This document shows positions 25,732 to 35,225 of a DNA stretch of 64,000 nucleotides, in pieces (the stretch's first letter is position 1; every line of letters begins with the position of its first letter). Source of the DNA: Candidatus Dormibacteria bacterium (GTDB lineage: Bacteria; Chloroflexota; Dormibacteria; Aeolococcales; Bog-877). The stretch lies in contig JBOHUG010000016.1 of assembly GCA_050734135.1 (NCBI GenBank), forward strand, positions 6,532 through 70,531, in the 5' to 3' direction. A program made the position numbers and the translations under genes. Under the pieces are notes generated by a model that did no database searches, was not told where the DNA came from, and worked only from the letters and a program-made list of their open reading frames with translations.

Positions 25732-26531
25732 ATGGCCGCGAAGGAAAGGGCGGAGCTGCGCGCCGCCTTCGACGCGGAGATGCGGGGCGAGCTTTCGCTG
25801 GAGCTTCCGGAGGGCGGCCACGAGGAGCAGGTCGGACCCGTTTACAGATCCTGGGGCTGGGCCCCCCGCGGATTCGTCGCCTCAGGAGATCTGAGTCAGC
25901 TGAGCGGGTCTCAGCTTGGCGCTTTGATCTGGGAGCAGATCGAATTCTTTGGCGAACGCTCGCTCGCCTTCGAGTGGAAGACCTATGCCACGATCGAACA
26001 GCTGACCTGCCCGAGCGGTTGCGGCAGTCGGGGTTCGTTCCCGAGCTGCGCGAAAGCCTGGTGATCGGCCGGGTCCAGGAGCTGGACCGGGTGGCGAAAC
26101 TGCCCCAGAGCGTATCGATCCGATCGGTCAGCACGAGGGCTGACGCCGACCGCATGGCCGCTCTGCTTACGGAAGTGGACGGGGCCGACCAGAGCTTCCT
26201 GGGCGAGGCCTTCTTCCGGGACCGGCAGGCCAATCCCGACCACGTGGTGCTGCTGGTGGCCGAAGCGAACGGGCGGGTGGTCAGCACGGCTCGGTTGAAC
26301 CTGGTCCGAGGAACCAGATTCGCGACATTGTGGGCTGGCTCGACCCTGCCAAAGTGGCGGAGACAGGGAATCTACCGGGCAACGGTGGCCTTCCGGGCCC
26401 ACCTCGCCGCTGAGCATGGCTCGACCTTCCTCCAGGTCGATGCCTCCGAGAGCAGCCGACCAATCCTGGAGCGGCTGGGATTCCTCACGGTCAGCACCAC
26501 CACCCCGTATATCTGGACCCCTCCGGGATAG
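25732..26531 (+). pseudogene. GNAT-family N-acetyltransferase interrupted by a 1-nt frameshift near 25987..25989
   Basis: The ATG at 25732 is preceded by AGGAGAG. Frame 1 reads ...SLAFEWKTY and then loses sense. The next frame continues HDRTADLPERLRQSGFVPE...VLLVAEANGRVVSTARL...WRRQGIYRA (GNAT acetyl-CoA loop). The total length of 800 nt is not a multiple of 3. Confidence 0.6.
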
Positions 26532-26567
26532 GCCCGAGCGGTCTTGGACCTGCGCCCCGATCAGCGC

Positions 26568-27980
26568 TCAGAGGACGTAGCGGCGGAGGTCCTCATCTCG
26601 GACCAGATCTCCCAACCTGGTCCTCACGAACTCGCGATCCACAGTGACCTTTTGGCCGTGGTAGTCGTCGGCGGCGAAGGAGACGTCCTGGAGCACCCGC
26701 TCCATCACGGTGAAGAGTCGGCGGGCACCGATGTTCTCGTCCCGTTCGTTCACCAGGAAGGCGTGGTGAGCCAGCTCCTGGACTCCTTCGCCGGTGAACT
26801 CCAGCTCCACTTGCTCGGTGGCCAGCAGCTCCGAGTATTGCCGGGTCAGGGCGTTGCTGGGTTCGACCAGGATCCGGCAGAGGTCCTGCTCCACCAGCGG
26901 CTGCAGCTCAACCCGAATCGGGAAGCGGCCCTGGAATTCTGGTATGAGGTCACTAGGCCGAGCTGAGGTGAAAGCTCCCGCGGCGACGAACAGAACGTGA
27001 TCGGTGCGGACCTGCCCGTACCGGGTGCTGACCGTCGAGCCCTCGATGACCGGCAGCAGGTCGCGCTGGACCCCGGCGCCGCTGACATCGGGGCCGTGGG
27101 ACTCGACGTAGGGACCGGCGATCTTGTCCACCTCGTCGATGAAGACGATGCCGTTCTCCTCCACCAGATGGATGGAGTCGTCGTAAACCCGATCCACGTC
27201 CACCAGCCGCTCGGTCTCCTCCTGTGTCAGTACGTGTCGGGCATCAGCGATCGTCATCCGCTTGCTGCGCTTGCGGGGCGGCGCCAGCTGGCTGAAGAAG
27301 TCCGATAGTGACCAGCCGATCTCCTCGTAGCCACTGCCGGAAAAGACCTCCACCGGCGCGGCGTAAGCCTCCTCCACCTCGATCTCAATCTGGCGGTCAT
27401 CCAGCTTGCGAGCGGCCAACTTGCGGAGCAGCTGGCGTCGCCGCGCTCGCTCCCGGCGGGCGGCAGCCAGCTGGTCGGCTGTCGGGGCCTCCTCCGGGGG
27501 AGGAGTAGGAGCCGGCACATCGGCTCCATCCCCGGACCCGGCCGCCACGGGTACCGGTTGGTCGGCCGCCATCAACCGGTCCGCGATCCGGGAGTCGGCT
27601 CGCTGCTTGGCCTCGACCTCGACGTCGGCCACGCGCTGACTCTGGACCTGAGTGATCGTCTGTTCCAGGAGGTCCCGGATGATCGACTCCACATCGCGGC
27701 CGACATAACCGACCTCGGTGAACTTGGTGGCCTCCACCTTGATGAAAGGGGAGTGGGTCAGCTGGGCCAGTCGGCGGGCGATCTCGGTCTTACCGACGCC
27801 GGTCGGCCCGATCAGGAGGATGTTGCTGGGCATGATGTCTTGGCGACGCTCGGCGGGCACCTGCATCCGCCGGTACCGATTGCGCAGCGCGATCGCCATC
27901 GCCCGTTTGGCATCCGCCTGGCCCACGATATAGCGGTCCAGGGAGGACACGATCTCCGCCGGTCTAAGCTCCGAGTCCAA
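26568..27980 (-). CDS. hslU: ATP-dependent protease ATPase subunit HslU
   Basis: [27 protein letters not shown], an I-domain insertion and a C-terminal AAA+ lid. Confidence 0.95.
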   Translation of the reverse strand: MDSELRPAEIVSSLDRYIVGQADAKRAMAIALRNRYRRMQVPAERRQDIMPSNILLIGPTGVGKTEIARRLAQLTHSPFIKVEATKFTEVGYVGRDVESIIRDLLEQTITQVQSQRVADVEVEAKQRADSRIADRLMAADQPVPVAAGSGDGADVPAPTPPPEEAPTADQLAAARRERARRRQLLRKLAARKLDDRQIEIEVEEAYAAPVEVFSGSGYEEIGWSLSDFFSQLAPPRKRSKRMTIADARHVLTQEETERLVDVDRVYDDSIHLVEENGIVFIDEVDKIAGPYVESHGPDVSGAGVQRDLLPVIEGSTVSTRYGQVRTDHVLFVAAGAFTSARPSDLIPEFQGRFPIRVELQPLVEQDLCRILVEPSNALTRQYSELLATEQVELEFTGEGVQELAHHAFLVNERDENIGARRLFTVMERVLQDVSFAADDYHGQKVTVDREFVRTRLGDLVRDEDLRRYVL

Positions 27981-28551
27981 CTGGGTCCCCTTGTGGCGTG
28001 TCGGAGATGGTCTCGACCGAGATCTCGCTGTTGGTGTAGATACAGATCGAGGCGGCGATCTCCAGGGCCTTGCGAGCCACCTCAGCAGCTGGCAGCTTCG
28101 TGTGCTCGATCAGCGCTCTAGCCGCCGCATGAGCATAGGGTCCCCCGCTCCCGATGGCGCCGATCCCATCGTCGGGTTCGATGACGTCGCCGTCGCCGCT
28201 GAGCAGGAGCATCTGGTTGTTCCCCGCCACCACCAGCATGGCGTCCAGATGGCGCAGGTACCGATCGGTGCGCCACTCCTTGCCGAGCGCGACTGCCGCC
28301 CGCAGCAGGTTGCCCTGGTGCTGGTCGAGATGGCGCTCGAACTTGTCGAAGAGGGTGAAGGCATCGGCGAGGGAGCCGGCAAAGCCCACCACGACCTGGT
28401 CGTGATGAATCCGGCGCACCTTCATCGCGCGGTGCTTCATCACCACATCGCCAACGGTCACCTGGCCGTCTCCAGCGACTGCGATCTCGGTCCCGCGGCG
28501 GACGGCAAGGATCGTGGTGGCGCGAATGCCAGCGCCGTCTTGAGTGGTCAC
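27964..28551 (-). CDS. hslV: ATP-dependent protease subunit HslV
   Basis: ..[31 protein letters not shown].. The GTG start leaves 11 residues before the TT nucleophile position. Confidence 0.9.
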   Translation of the reverse strand: MTTQDGAGIRATTILAVRRGTEIAVAGDGQVTVGDVVMKHRAMKVRRIHHDQVVVGFAGSLADAFTLFDKFERHLDQHQGNLLRAAVALGKEWRTDRYLRHLDAMLVVAGNNQMLLLSGDGDVIEPDDGIGAIGSGGPYAHAAARALIEHTKLPAAEVARKALEIAASICIYTNSEISVETISDTPQGDPVGLGA

Positions 28552-28625
28552 TTGAGTTCAAGTTTACCCGGGATCCCGATTTCGGCAGCCGAAATGGACC
28601 CGGTTCTGGCTGGCCCGCCTATGAT

Positions 28626-29180
28626 TTGGCGATGGCCGACCAGTCACCCGATCCGGCTTGGAACGGGGACGAGCGCACGACTCTCACCGGATTCCTGGAG
28701 GACCAGCGCGCCACTCTGGCCTGGAAGTGCCAGGGACTCACCGAAACCCAGCTCAAGGAGGCCTCCGTTGCCCCGTCCCACCTGACCCTCTTAGGACTGG
28801 TCCGCCACATGGCCGAGGTTGAGAGGTCCTGGTTCCGACGGCGTCTCTCAGGGGAGTCGATCGGGCCGATCTGGTGCACCGCGGCGGAACCGGACGCGGA
28901 CTTCGATTTGGTCCCCGAAGCAGATGTGACGGAGTCCTTTGCCAGCTGGGAGGCGGAGTGCCGCAGTTCGCGGTCGATCCTGGCCGAGCTCGACTCCCTC
29001 GATGTCACCTTCAGCACCGGTAAATTCCATGTGATGTCGGCGCGCTGCATGGTCAACCACATGATCGAGGAGTACTCCCGCCACAACGGCCACGCCGACC
29101 TGCTCCGTGAGCGGATCGACGGAAAAACTGGGGACTTTCCCCCTCCCGAGGAGCGGATCCCAGCGCCCGGGCTGGGCTAG
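28626..29180 (+). CDS. DinB-superfamily protein (DUF664/mini-circle type)
   Basis: DERTTLTGFLEDQRATLAWKCQGLT..QL......PS.LTLLGLVRHMAEVERSWF ... MIEEYSRHNGHADLLRERIDG is the characteristic DUF664 pattern. Confidence 0.75.
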   Translation: MAMADQSPDPAWNGDERTTLTGFLEDQRATLAWKCQGLTETQLKEASVAPSHLTLLGLVRHMAEVERSWFRRRLSGESIGPIWCTAAEPDADFDLVPEADVTESFASWEAECRSSRSILAELDSLDVTFSTGKFHVMSARCMVNHMIEEYSRHNGHADLLRERIDGKTGDFPPPEERIPAPGLG

Positions 29181-30139
29181 CCGCCGCCCGCCTGGTGAGA
29201 ATCGGGCCAGCTCATTCCCAAGGCTAGCCCCCGGAGCAGCAGGGCCGCCGCAACCAGCAGCCAGGCGCCGAAGCCGACCCAGACGAAGACCCGTCCCAGG
29301 GTGAGCAGCGCCGCCATGCCCGTGACGCTGCCCAGCACCAAACTGCAGACCCCGTACATCCCGAGAGGGAATACGGTGGCCCAGCGGAGGTGGTGGTGTC
29401 CTGCGCGGGGACTGGCCAGCTCGCCCACCAGCAACCCACCAATCCCAGCAGAGGCGGCGGCCCAGAGAACAACCACCGCCATCTCCCAGGAGAGGCTCAG
29501 CGAGTTACCGCTCAGCCTGAGCCGGAGGCAGACCTCCCCGCCCGCCAGGGTGGCGATCGCCAGAGCACCCCCGGCCACCCAGTGGTCGCCCCGTCCCCGC
29601 AACAGCTCGCGGAAGTCAAATCGAATCACCACGAATAGGTAAGCCGCCAGCGCCAGCCCCCAAGCGCCCACGGCCGGAACCACGAGCCACCGGGCTTGGG
29701 TGGAGCCCGACAGGGCCGCGGCGGCGACCGAGATCGAGGCCACCGCCACCGGGAGCAGAAACGACAGGCCACGGGTCGGCGTCTGCCAGCGCCGGAGGAC
29801 CGGAACCAAGACCAGCCCGAGCAGGGCGATGGCTAGGAGCAGGAGCCCGGCCGCCGGAATCACCCAGCCCAGTCCCGCAGCCGCCGTTCCCAGGACCGCG
29901 GTCGCCGCTACCAGCGTCAGCGCGGCGGGGGAGCTCAGTTCGGAGCCTAGCTCCCGGGGGTCGGCGCTCAGCCGCACTGCTGTCGCTGCGAGCAGGCACA
30001 GCCAGATGGCTGACGCCACTACCAAAAGCGGCTCCGAGATCGCCGTGACCCGAATCCGGGACATCCCGATCGCCACGATACCGGTGGCCATGACGATGGC
30101 ACCGGTCGACAGGGGAATGGTCGTAAGCCGCGCGATCAA
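29177..30139 (-). CDS. polytopic membrane protein, possibly TehA/SLAC1 (TDT) family transporter
   Basis: 320 aa with about 10 hydrophobic helices. The N-terminus PLSTGAIVMATGIVAIG resembles the TDT family. The assignment is weak. Confidence 0.45.
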   Translation of the reverse strand: MIARLTTIPLSTGAIVMATGIVAIGMSRIRVTAISEPLLVVASAIWLCLLAATAVRLSADPRELGSELSSPAALTLVAATAVLGTAAAGLGWVIPAAGLLLLAIALLGLVLVPVLRRWQTPTRGLSFLLPVAVASISVAAAALSGSTQARWLVVPAVGAWGLALAAYLFVVIRFDFRELLRGRGDHWVAGGALAIATLAGGEVCLRLRLSGNSLSLSWEMAVVVLWAAASAGIGGLLVGELASPRAGHHHLRWATVFPLGMYGVCSLVLGSVTGMAALLTLGRVFVWVGFGAWLLVAAALLLRGLALGMSWPDSHQAGGG

Positions 30140-30254
30140 CCATTACAGGATCACATGAACGGCCGCGAAACTCCCAGCCAATGCCACGGGAAATGGCATC
30201 GATCCCCGGCTCGAAAGACCCTCGACCGGGGGCCAGCGGACGGCCCCACGGTGG

Positions 30255-32507
30255 CTACCTTCCGACCGGTTCCTTGACCCGGCGTTTGACCGAAGCCGGG
30301 CGAGAGCCCGACTTCGCCGCACCCGGTCCTGAGGAGGCGGCCGGATCCTTGGGTGGGCGGTACTTGCAGCCGGGATATCCCGAGCAGGAGACGAAGGGCC
30401 CGAAACGGCCCCGGCGCTGGACCAGCGGCTTGCCGCAGTCCGGGCAGTTCTCCCCGGTCGGCTCGGCAGGCGCGGTCGTCCTGGCGGACCCGGCCGCGCC
30501 CGCCTCGGTCCGAATGAACCGGCAGCTGGGGTATCCGGAGCAGCCCACGAAAAGGCCACGCCTTCCGGTTCTTTTGACCAGCGGCTTGGCACAAAGGGGG
30601 CAGGCCTCCCCGATCTCCTCCGCCGGGCTGCGCTCCTCCTTGCCTTCGATGAAATCGCACTCGGGATACCGGCTGCAGCCGACGAAGTCGCCAAAGCGCC
30701 CGCTGCGCATCACCAGGTCGGCTCCGCACTTGGGACAGACGCTACCGGTGGGCTGGGCCTTGATCTTGACCCGGGGCATGCTCTCCTGGGCTTCGTCGAG
30801 GACTTTGGCGAAGGGCTCGTACCAGGAGCTCACCACCGGAACCCAGGGGCTCTCGCCGGACTCGATCCCGTCCAGCTGCAGCTCGAGCGCCGCTGTGAAG
30901 CCAAGGTCGACCACAGATGGGAACTGGGTGGTGAGGGCCTCGTTCACGGCCACCCCTAGCGGGGTGGGATGGAGCCGGCGCTCCTGCTGAACCACGTAGC
31001 GACGGGTCTGGATCAGCTCGGTCATGGTGGCGTAGGTGCTGGGTCGCCCGATACCGCGCTCCTCGAGCTCCTTGACCAGGCTGGCCTCACTGTACCGGGG
31101 CGGAGGCTGGCTGAAGTGCTGCTCGGGGACGAGTGCGTTCAGGGTTACCAACTGCTCGCCGCTGAGCTCGGGGAGGAGCTCGTCCTCGCGCTTCTCCGAG
31201 CCGGCAACCCGCAGGTAGCCGTCGAAGACCAGCTGGCTCCCGGTCGCCCGAAAGCGGTGCTGCCCGGCCATGATCTCGGCCCTGGTGGCATCGAACTCAG
31301 CCGGGCTCATCTGGCTCGCCAGGAAGCGGCGCCAGACCAGCCGGTAAAGCCTTGCCTGGTCGGAGCTGAGGTACTGCTGGATCTGTTCTGGATCTCGCTC
31401 CACCGAGGTGGGGCGGACCGCCTCATGAGCATCCTGGCTGGCCACTGCCGCTTTGGAGCCGCGCCGCTGGGCACCAGCGTGGCCGAGGTACCGGTTGCCG
31501 AAGGTCTGCTCGAGGTATTGCTTGGCTCCAGCGACCGCTGAGTCGCTGAGCCGGACCGAGTCGGTGCGCATGTAGGTGATCAGACCGACGGGCCCGGCGC
31601 TCCCGAGCTCGACTCCCTCGTAGAGCTGCTGGGCAATCCGCATAGTCTTGGCAGGACTGAAGTGAAGCTGGGACGAGGCATCCTGCTGCAGGGTGCTGGT
31701 GATGTACGGTTGAGGTGGATTCCGTCGCTGCCGGCGACGCTCCACCGCAGCCACCCGAAACTCGGCCTTCTCGACCTCGGACATGACCCGACGCGCAGCT
31801 GCCTCATTGGCCAGCCCCGGCGGTTCAGCTTCATCGGCTTTGGTTTTGGCCCGCTTGCCTTTGGACTCCAGTCCCACGCCCTGGTAGCGGGCCTTGAACT
31901 GCTCCTGGGAGTCGGTGGCGAGGGCGGCGTCGAGACTCCAGCTCTCTACTGAACGGAACGCTTCGATCTCCTGCTCGCGGTCGCAGACCAGCCGGAGCGC
32001 CACCGACTGAACCCGTCCCGCCGAGAGCCCCTTGCGGATCTTGCGCCAGAGCAGCGGACTGAGCTTGTACCCCAGTAGCCGGTCGATCACCCGGCGCGCC
32101 TGCTGGGCATCGACCAGCCGCTGGTCGATGGGACGTGGCTGGCCCAGGGCGAGCTCGACCGCCTGCTTGGTGATCTCCCGAAATACGATCCGTTCCGGGT
32201 CGATGAGTCCCAGCTGGTTGGCGATGTGCCAGGCAATCGCTTCGCCTTCTCGATCTGGGTCGGCCGCCAACAGCACCCGCTTTGATTTGCGGGCGGCCGA
32301 CTTGAGGTCTCGGAGCTGGCCCTCCTTGCCTTTGATCACCGTGTAGTCCGGCTCGAAGCCGTGCTCGACGTCGATCCCCAACTTGGAGCGCGGCAAGTCC
32401 ACCACGTGGCCCATCGAAGCCCTAACGTCATAGTCGCCACCCAGGAACTTGCTGAGCGTCCGGGCCTTGCTCGGCGACTCAACGATGATCAGGTTCGATG
32501 CTGGCAT
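30255..32507 (-). CDS. topA: DNA topoisomerase I
   Basis: Toprim N-terminus (LIIVESPSKA), active-site ITYMRTDS, and three C-terminal zinc ribbons (CPKCG, CPLCA, CPDCG, each followed by C..YP.C). Confidence 0.95.
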   Translation of the reverse strand: MPASNLIIVESPSKARTLSKFLGGDYDVRASMGHVVDLPRSKLGIDVEHGFEPDYTVIKGKEGQLRDLKSAARKSKRVLLAADPDREGEAIAWHIANQLGLIDPERIVFREITKQAVELALGQPRPIDQRLVDAQQARRVIDRLLGYKLSPLLWRKIRKGLSAGRVQSVALRLVCDREQEIEAFRSVESWSLDAALATDSQEQFKARYQGVGLESKGKRAKTKADEAEPPGLANEAAARRVMSEVEKAEFRVAAVERRRQRRNPPQPYITSTLQQDASSQLHFSPAKTMRIAQQLYEGVELGSAGPVGLITYMRTDSVRLSDSAVAGAKQYLEQTFGNRYLGHAGAQRRGSKAAVASQDAHEAVRPTSVERDPEQIQQYLSSDQARLYRLVWRRFLASQMSPAEFDATRAEIMAGQHRFRATGSQLVFDGYLRVAGSEKREDELLPELSGEQLVTLNALVPEQHFSQPPPRYSEASLVKELEERGIGRPSTYATMTELIQTRRYVVQQERRLHPTPLGVAVNEALTTQFPSVVDLGFTAALELQLDGIESGESPWVPVVSSWYEPFAKVLDEAQESMPRVKIKAQPTGSVCPKCGADLVMRSGRFGDFVGCSRYPECDFIEGKEERSPAEEIGEACPLCAKPLVKRTGRRGLFVGCSGYPSCRFIRTEAGAAGSARTTAPAEPTGENCPDCGKPLVQRRGRFGPFVSCSGYPGCKYRPPKDPAASSGPGAAKSGSRPASVKRRVKEPVGR

Positions 32508-32658
32508 CGGCGGGGGCGGTACCTCGATGGGGCTGGTGGGCGAGTCGGGATTCTAGCAAGAGCGTTCCCGTCCGCCTCGACTTCCACACCTCGGGCGCAG
32601 ATCAACGGCTGGCTACACTGACCCGAACTAGCCATCCGAAAGGGGGAAGCCGCCACCC

Positions 32659-33444
32659 TTGGCCAACGAACTCTCCGCCAAGTATGAGTCTGTCGAGATC
32701 GTCGAGCGGCACGACTACAGCCCCGACCTGTGGTCCATTCGGGTGAGCCACCAACTTCCCTTCGAATTCCGGGCAGGCCAGTACGCGACTCTCGGGGTTG
32801 AGGTGGACGGCAAGCCGCTCGAGCGTCCCTACTCGATCGTCTCATCGCCGGAGGAGAGAGAGCTGGAGTTCTTCATCGAGCTGATCCCAGATGGGGCCCT
32901 GACCCCGCACCTGTACCCCCTCCACGCGGGCGCAGAGCTGCTCATGCGCAAGCGACCCAAGGGAGTATTCATGAAGGTGGGCTTGGTGCCCGAACGAACC
33001 CATCTCTTCCTGGCTACGGTTACCGGAATCGCCCCCTTCGCGAGCCTGCTCCGACAGCTCCGGAGCCAGCAGGTCCGGGGTGAGGTGGTGCCTCCCAAAA
33101 TCGTCCTGGTGCAGGGAGCCAGCTTCTCCCACGAATTCGGTTACGCGAAGGAGATGGCTCAGCTCGGCGCAGAGTTCCCCGACTTCGAGTACGTTCCCAC
33201 CGTGAGCCGGCCCTGGGGCGATGCCGGGTGGGAGGGCGAGGTCGGTCGCGCGGAGGACGTGCTGCGCAAACACGCTGATCGTTCGGGGATCAGACCTGGG
33301 AAGGGAGTGGTTTACCTCTGCGGCCATCCCGGCATGATCTCCACCGGGAGGGCGGTGATGCTCCGCGCCGGACTTCGCGACGAGGACATCCTGGAGGAGC
33401 AGTACTGGCCGGAGGGGAAGGCTCCGACCTCAGCATCGGAGTAG
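32659..33444 (+). CDS. ferredoxin-NADP(+) reductase family oxidoreductase
   Basis: TTG start. RAGQYATLGV, RPYSIVSSP (FAD binding), ATVTGIAPF (NADP binding). Confidence 0.8.
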   Translation: MANELSAKYESVEIVERHDYSPDLWSIRVSHQLPFEFRAGQYATLGVEVDGKPLERPYSIVSSPEERELEFFIELIPDGALTPHLYPLHAGAELLMRKRPKGVFMKVGLVPERTHLFLATVTGIAPFASLLRQLRSQQVRGEVVPPKIVLVQGASFSHEFGYAKEMAQLGAEFPDFEYVPTVSRPWGDAGWEGEVGRAEDVLRKHADRSGIRPGKGVVYLCGHPGMISTGRAVMLRAGLRDEDILEEQYWPEGKAPTSASE

Positions 33445-33457
33445 CCTTCCCGGTGCC

Positions 33458-33796
33458 TCAGCGAGCTGGCTGAAGCAGCAGGGCGTCGAGCTTGGCCCGC
33501 AGCGCTGCCTTCGGCTGGTATCCGACAAAGGTGCCCACCGGCTGACCGGCGAGGAAGACCATCAGGGTGGGAATGCTCATCACCTGGTATTCGCTGGACA
33601 CCAACGGACAGGCGTCAGTGTCGACCTTGGTGACCTTGAGCCTTCCCTCGTACTCGGCCGCAAAGTCCTCCACAATCGGGGCGATCATTTTGCAGGGCGG
33701 GCACCATTCGGCCCAGAAATCGACCAACACCGGGGTCTCACTCTCGAGAACCTCCTGGCGGAAGCTGACGTCGCTGAGGTGGAGGGGCGCAACCAT
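33458..33796 (-). CDS. trxA: thioredoxin
   Basis: VLVDFWAEWCPPCKMIAP. I place the start at the ATG at 33796, preceded by GAGGAGA. The longer ORF start at 33904 was rejected. Confidence 0.9.
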   Translation of the reverse strand: MVAPLHLSDVSFRQEVLESETPVLVDFWAEWCPPCKMIAPIVEDFAAEYEGRLKVTKVDTDACPLVSSEYQVMSIPTLMVFLAGQPVGTFVGYQPKAALRAKLDALLLQPAR

Positions 33797-33892
33797 GGGA
33801 GATCTCCTCGTCATCTGGAACGGCCGTCGGTTGGCCGGGGCTCGCTGCCCCGGTTCCAACATCATAGCTCTTTTGTCAGGTATCCTTGACGG

Positions 33893-34285
33893 ATGAGCTA
33901 TCACCCGGCCAGTCCTCCGGCCGCGGCCGCGGCCGACGTGGTGATGGGGACCCTGGACCAGCTCTCGACGCCCGACCGGTTGCTCGCGCTCCGTTCGCTG
34001 GCGGTGCTGCTCGGCTCTCGGAGGGCTTCCGCCGTGGTTGCCGCCCGCTCCGAGGGCTTCAGCTGGGCCGAGATCGCCGATCGACTGGGAATGTCCCGGC
34101 AGTCGGTCTGGGAACGGTACGGCACCGAGGTGGGCGAGTCACCTTCCCCCTCTCATCGGCGACAGGCCAGAGTCCGAGTGCCGCCTGCCACCTTCTCTAA
34201 TTGCGCTGCCTACAAGGCAGTGACCAGCCGTCCCCGGTCAGCTGGAGCGGGCAGCTCCCAATACCTAAAGTCCCCGGTTCCCTAG
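33893..34285 (+). CDS. small helix-turn-helix protein (sigma-70 region-4-like HTH)
   Basis: ARSEGFSWAEIADRLGMSRQSVWERYG is a clear HTH. The C-terminal 50 aa are low quality, so the true stop may differ. Confidence 0.45.
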   Translation: MSYHPASPPAAAAADVVMGTLDQLSTPDRLLALRSLAVLLGSRRASAVVAARSEGFSWAEIADRLGMSRQSVWERYGTEVGESPSPSHRRQARVRVPPATFSNCAAYKAVTSRPRSAGAGSSQYLKSPVP

Positions 34286-34402
34286 CAGAAGGTCCCAGGG
34301 CAACCAGGAGCGCCGGACCTCAAGATGGCTACGTACACCGCTGCCCGCAGTTCCCACAGCACAGGTGAGGCGCCACGAGTCGATCGACCCGATCGGTCCG
34401 TT

Positions 34403-34873
34403 CTACCGGTGGCACCCGCTCAAACTTCCCGTCCGGGCGCGAATCTCCGGTCGCTCGAGGTCGATCCTGAAGTGTTTGGCCGCGTCAATCGGGGCCACCC
34501 GTCGCTGGCGCTCTGCCCGCCTGGTTCTCTGTTCACGCAAGTCCAGCGCAGTGATCAGAACGCTAGGACCCGCAGCAACCCGAGTACCGGGCTCAACCGG
34601 AGAAGCGGAGGAAACTGTCCGAAGGCCTTCCAGATCAACCTTGGCCACCGTCACCAGAGCCGTCCCGTTGACCACTGAGGCTTTCGGGAGACCCGATACC
34701 GGAGCTGGTGGCAAAACGTACCCAGGCAGGGCCGCCAGGTTGGTGTTGGAGGCGACCACGGCAACCGAGACTGCCGCCGGCCGACTCCTGTTGAAGGACT
34801 CGGCCTTGATAATGAGCGCCGACCCGGAGCTGCCGCCACCCTCCCTGAGTCGTCGACGCTCTCCGTTAGGGCT
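34403..34873 (-). pseudogene. MazF/PemK-family toxin relic lacking its start and about the first 20 codons
   Basis: My translation upstream of the listed ORF, bounded by the TGA at 34874..34876, gives ...GGGSSGSALIIKAESFNRSRPAAVSVAVVASNTNLAALPGYVLPPAPVSGLPKASVVNGTALVTVAKVDLEG... This matches the PemK/MazF core. There is no start codon, and the frame reads on far past the expected end. Confidence 0.5.
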
Positions 34874-35028
34874 TCATCAATCTCAGCGATGTCCGAGGAC
34901 CAGTGCCGGTGGTCCAGATACCGTTCGGCAGCCTTCGCGAAGAACTCCGACCGGCTCATCCCGAGCTGTGCAGCGCTCTCGTTCACCCGCTCGAAGGTTT
35001 GGTCGGAAAGGGAAATTACAGTCTTCAT
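34651..35028 (-). CDS. ribbon-helix-helix (CopG/MetJ-type) antitoxin; the 3' half is probably read-through
   Basis: From the ATG at 35028: MKTVISLSDQTFERVNESAAQLGMSRSEFFAKAAERYLDHR... is a typical RHH antitoxin N-terminus. After about 75 aa the sequence turns Pro/Arg/Ser/Trp-rich and overlaps the MazF relic. Confidence 0.55.
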   Translation of the reverse strand: MKTVISLSDQTFERVNESAAQLGMSRSEFFAKAAERYLDHRHWSSDIAEIDEALTESVDDSGRVAAAPGRRSLSRPSPSTGVGRRQSRLPWSPPTPTWRPCLGTFCHQLRYRVSRKPQWSTGRLW

Positions 35029-35225
35029 AAAGTGAGTCAACCCGGTATTACTCGGACGCCAACTACGGGCTCGTAGCTTCCGACACCATGGGTCGTTGTT
35101 CGCCGAGAGCCGCGAATCCCGCGGCCGCGGAAGCGCCGCCAGTCCCGCCTCCCCAACCAACCGCCGCCCTACCTGAGCGCGGCGGTGGCCGCCACGACCC
35201 TCGCACGCCCCGGCTAGGTCCGGGG

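Noticed and set aside
34365-35030. 221-aa plus-strand ORF
   Set aside because: It is antisense to the RHH antitoxin and the MazF relic. It is Arg/Ser/Pro-rich.
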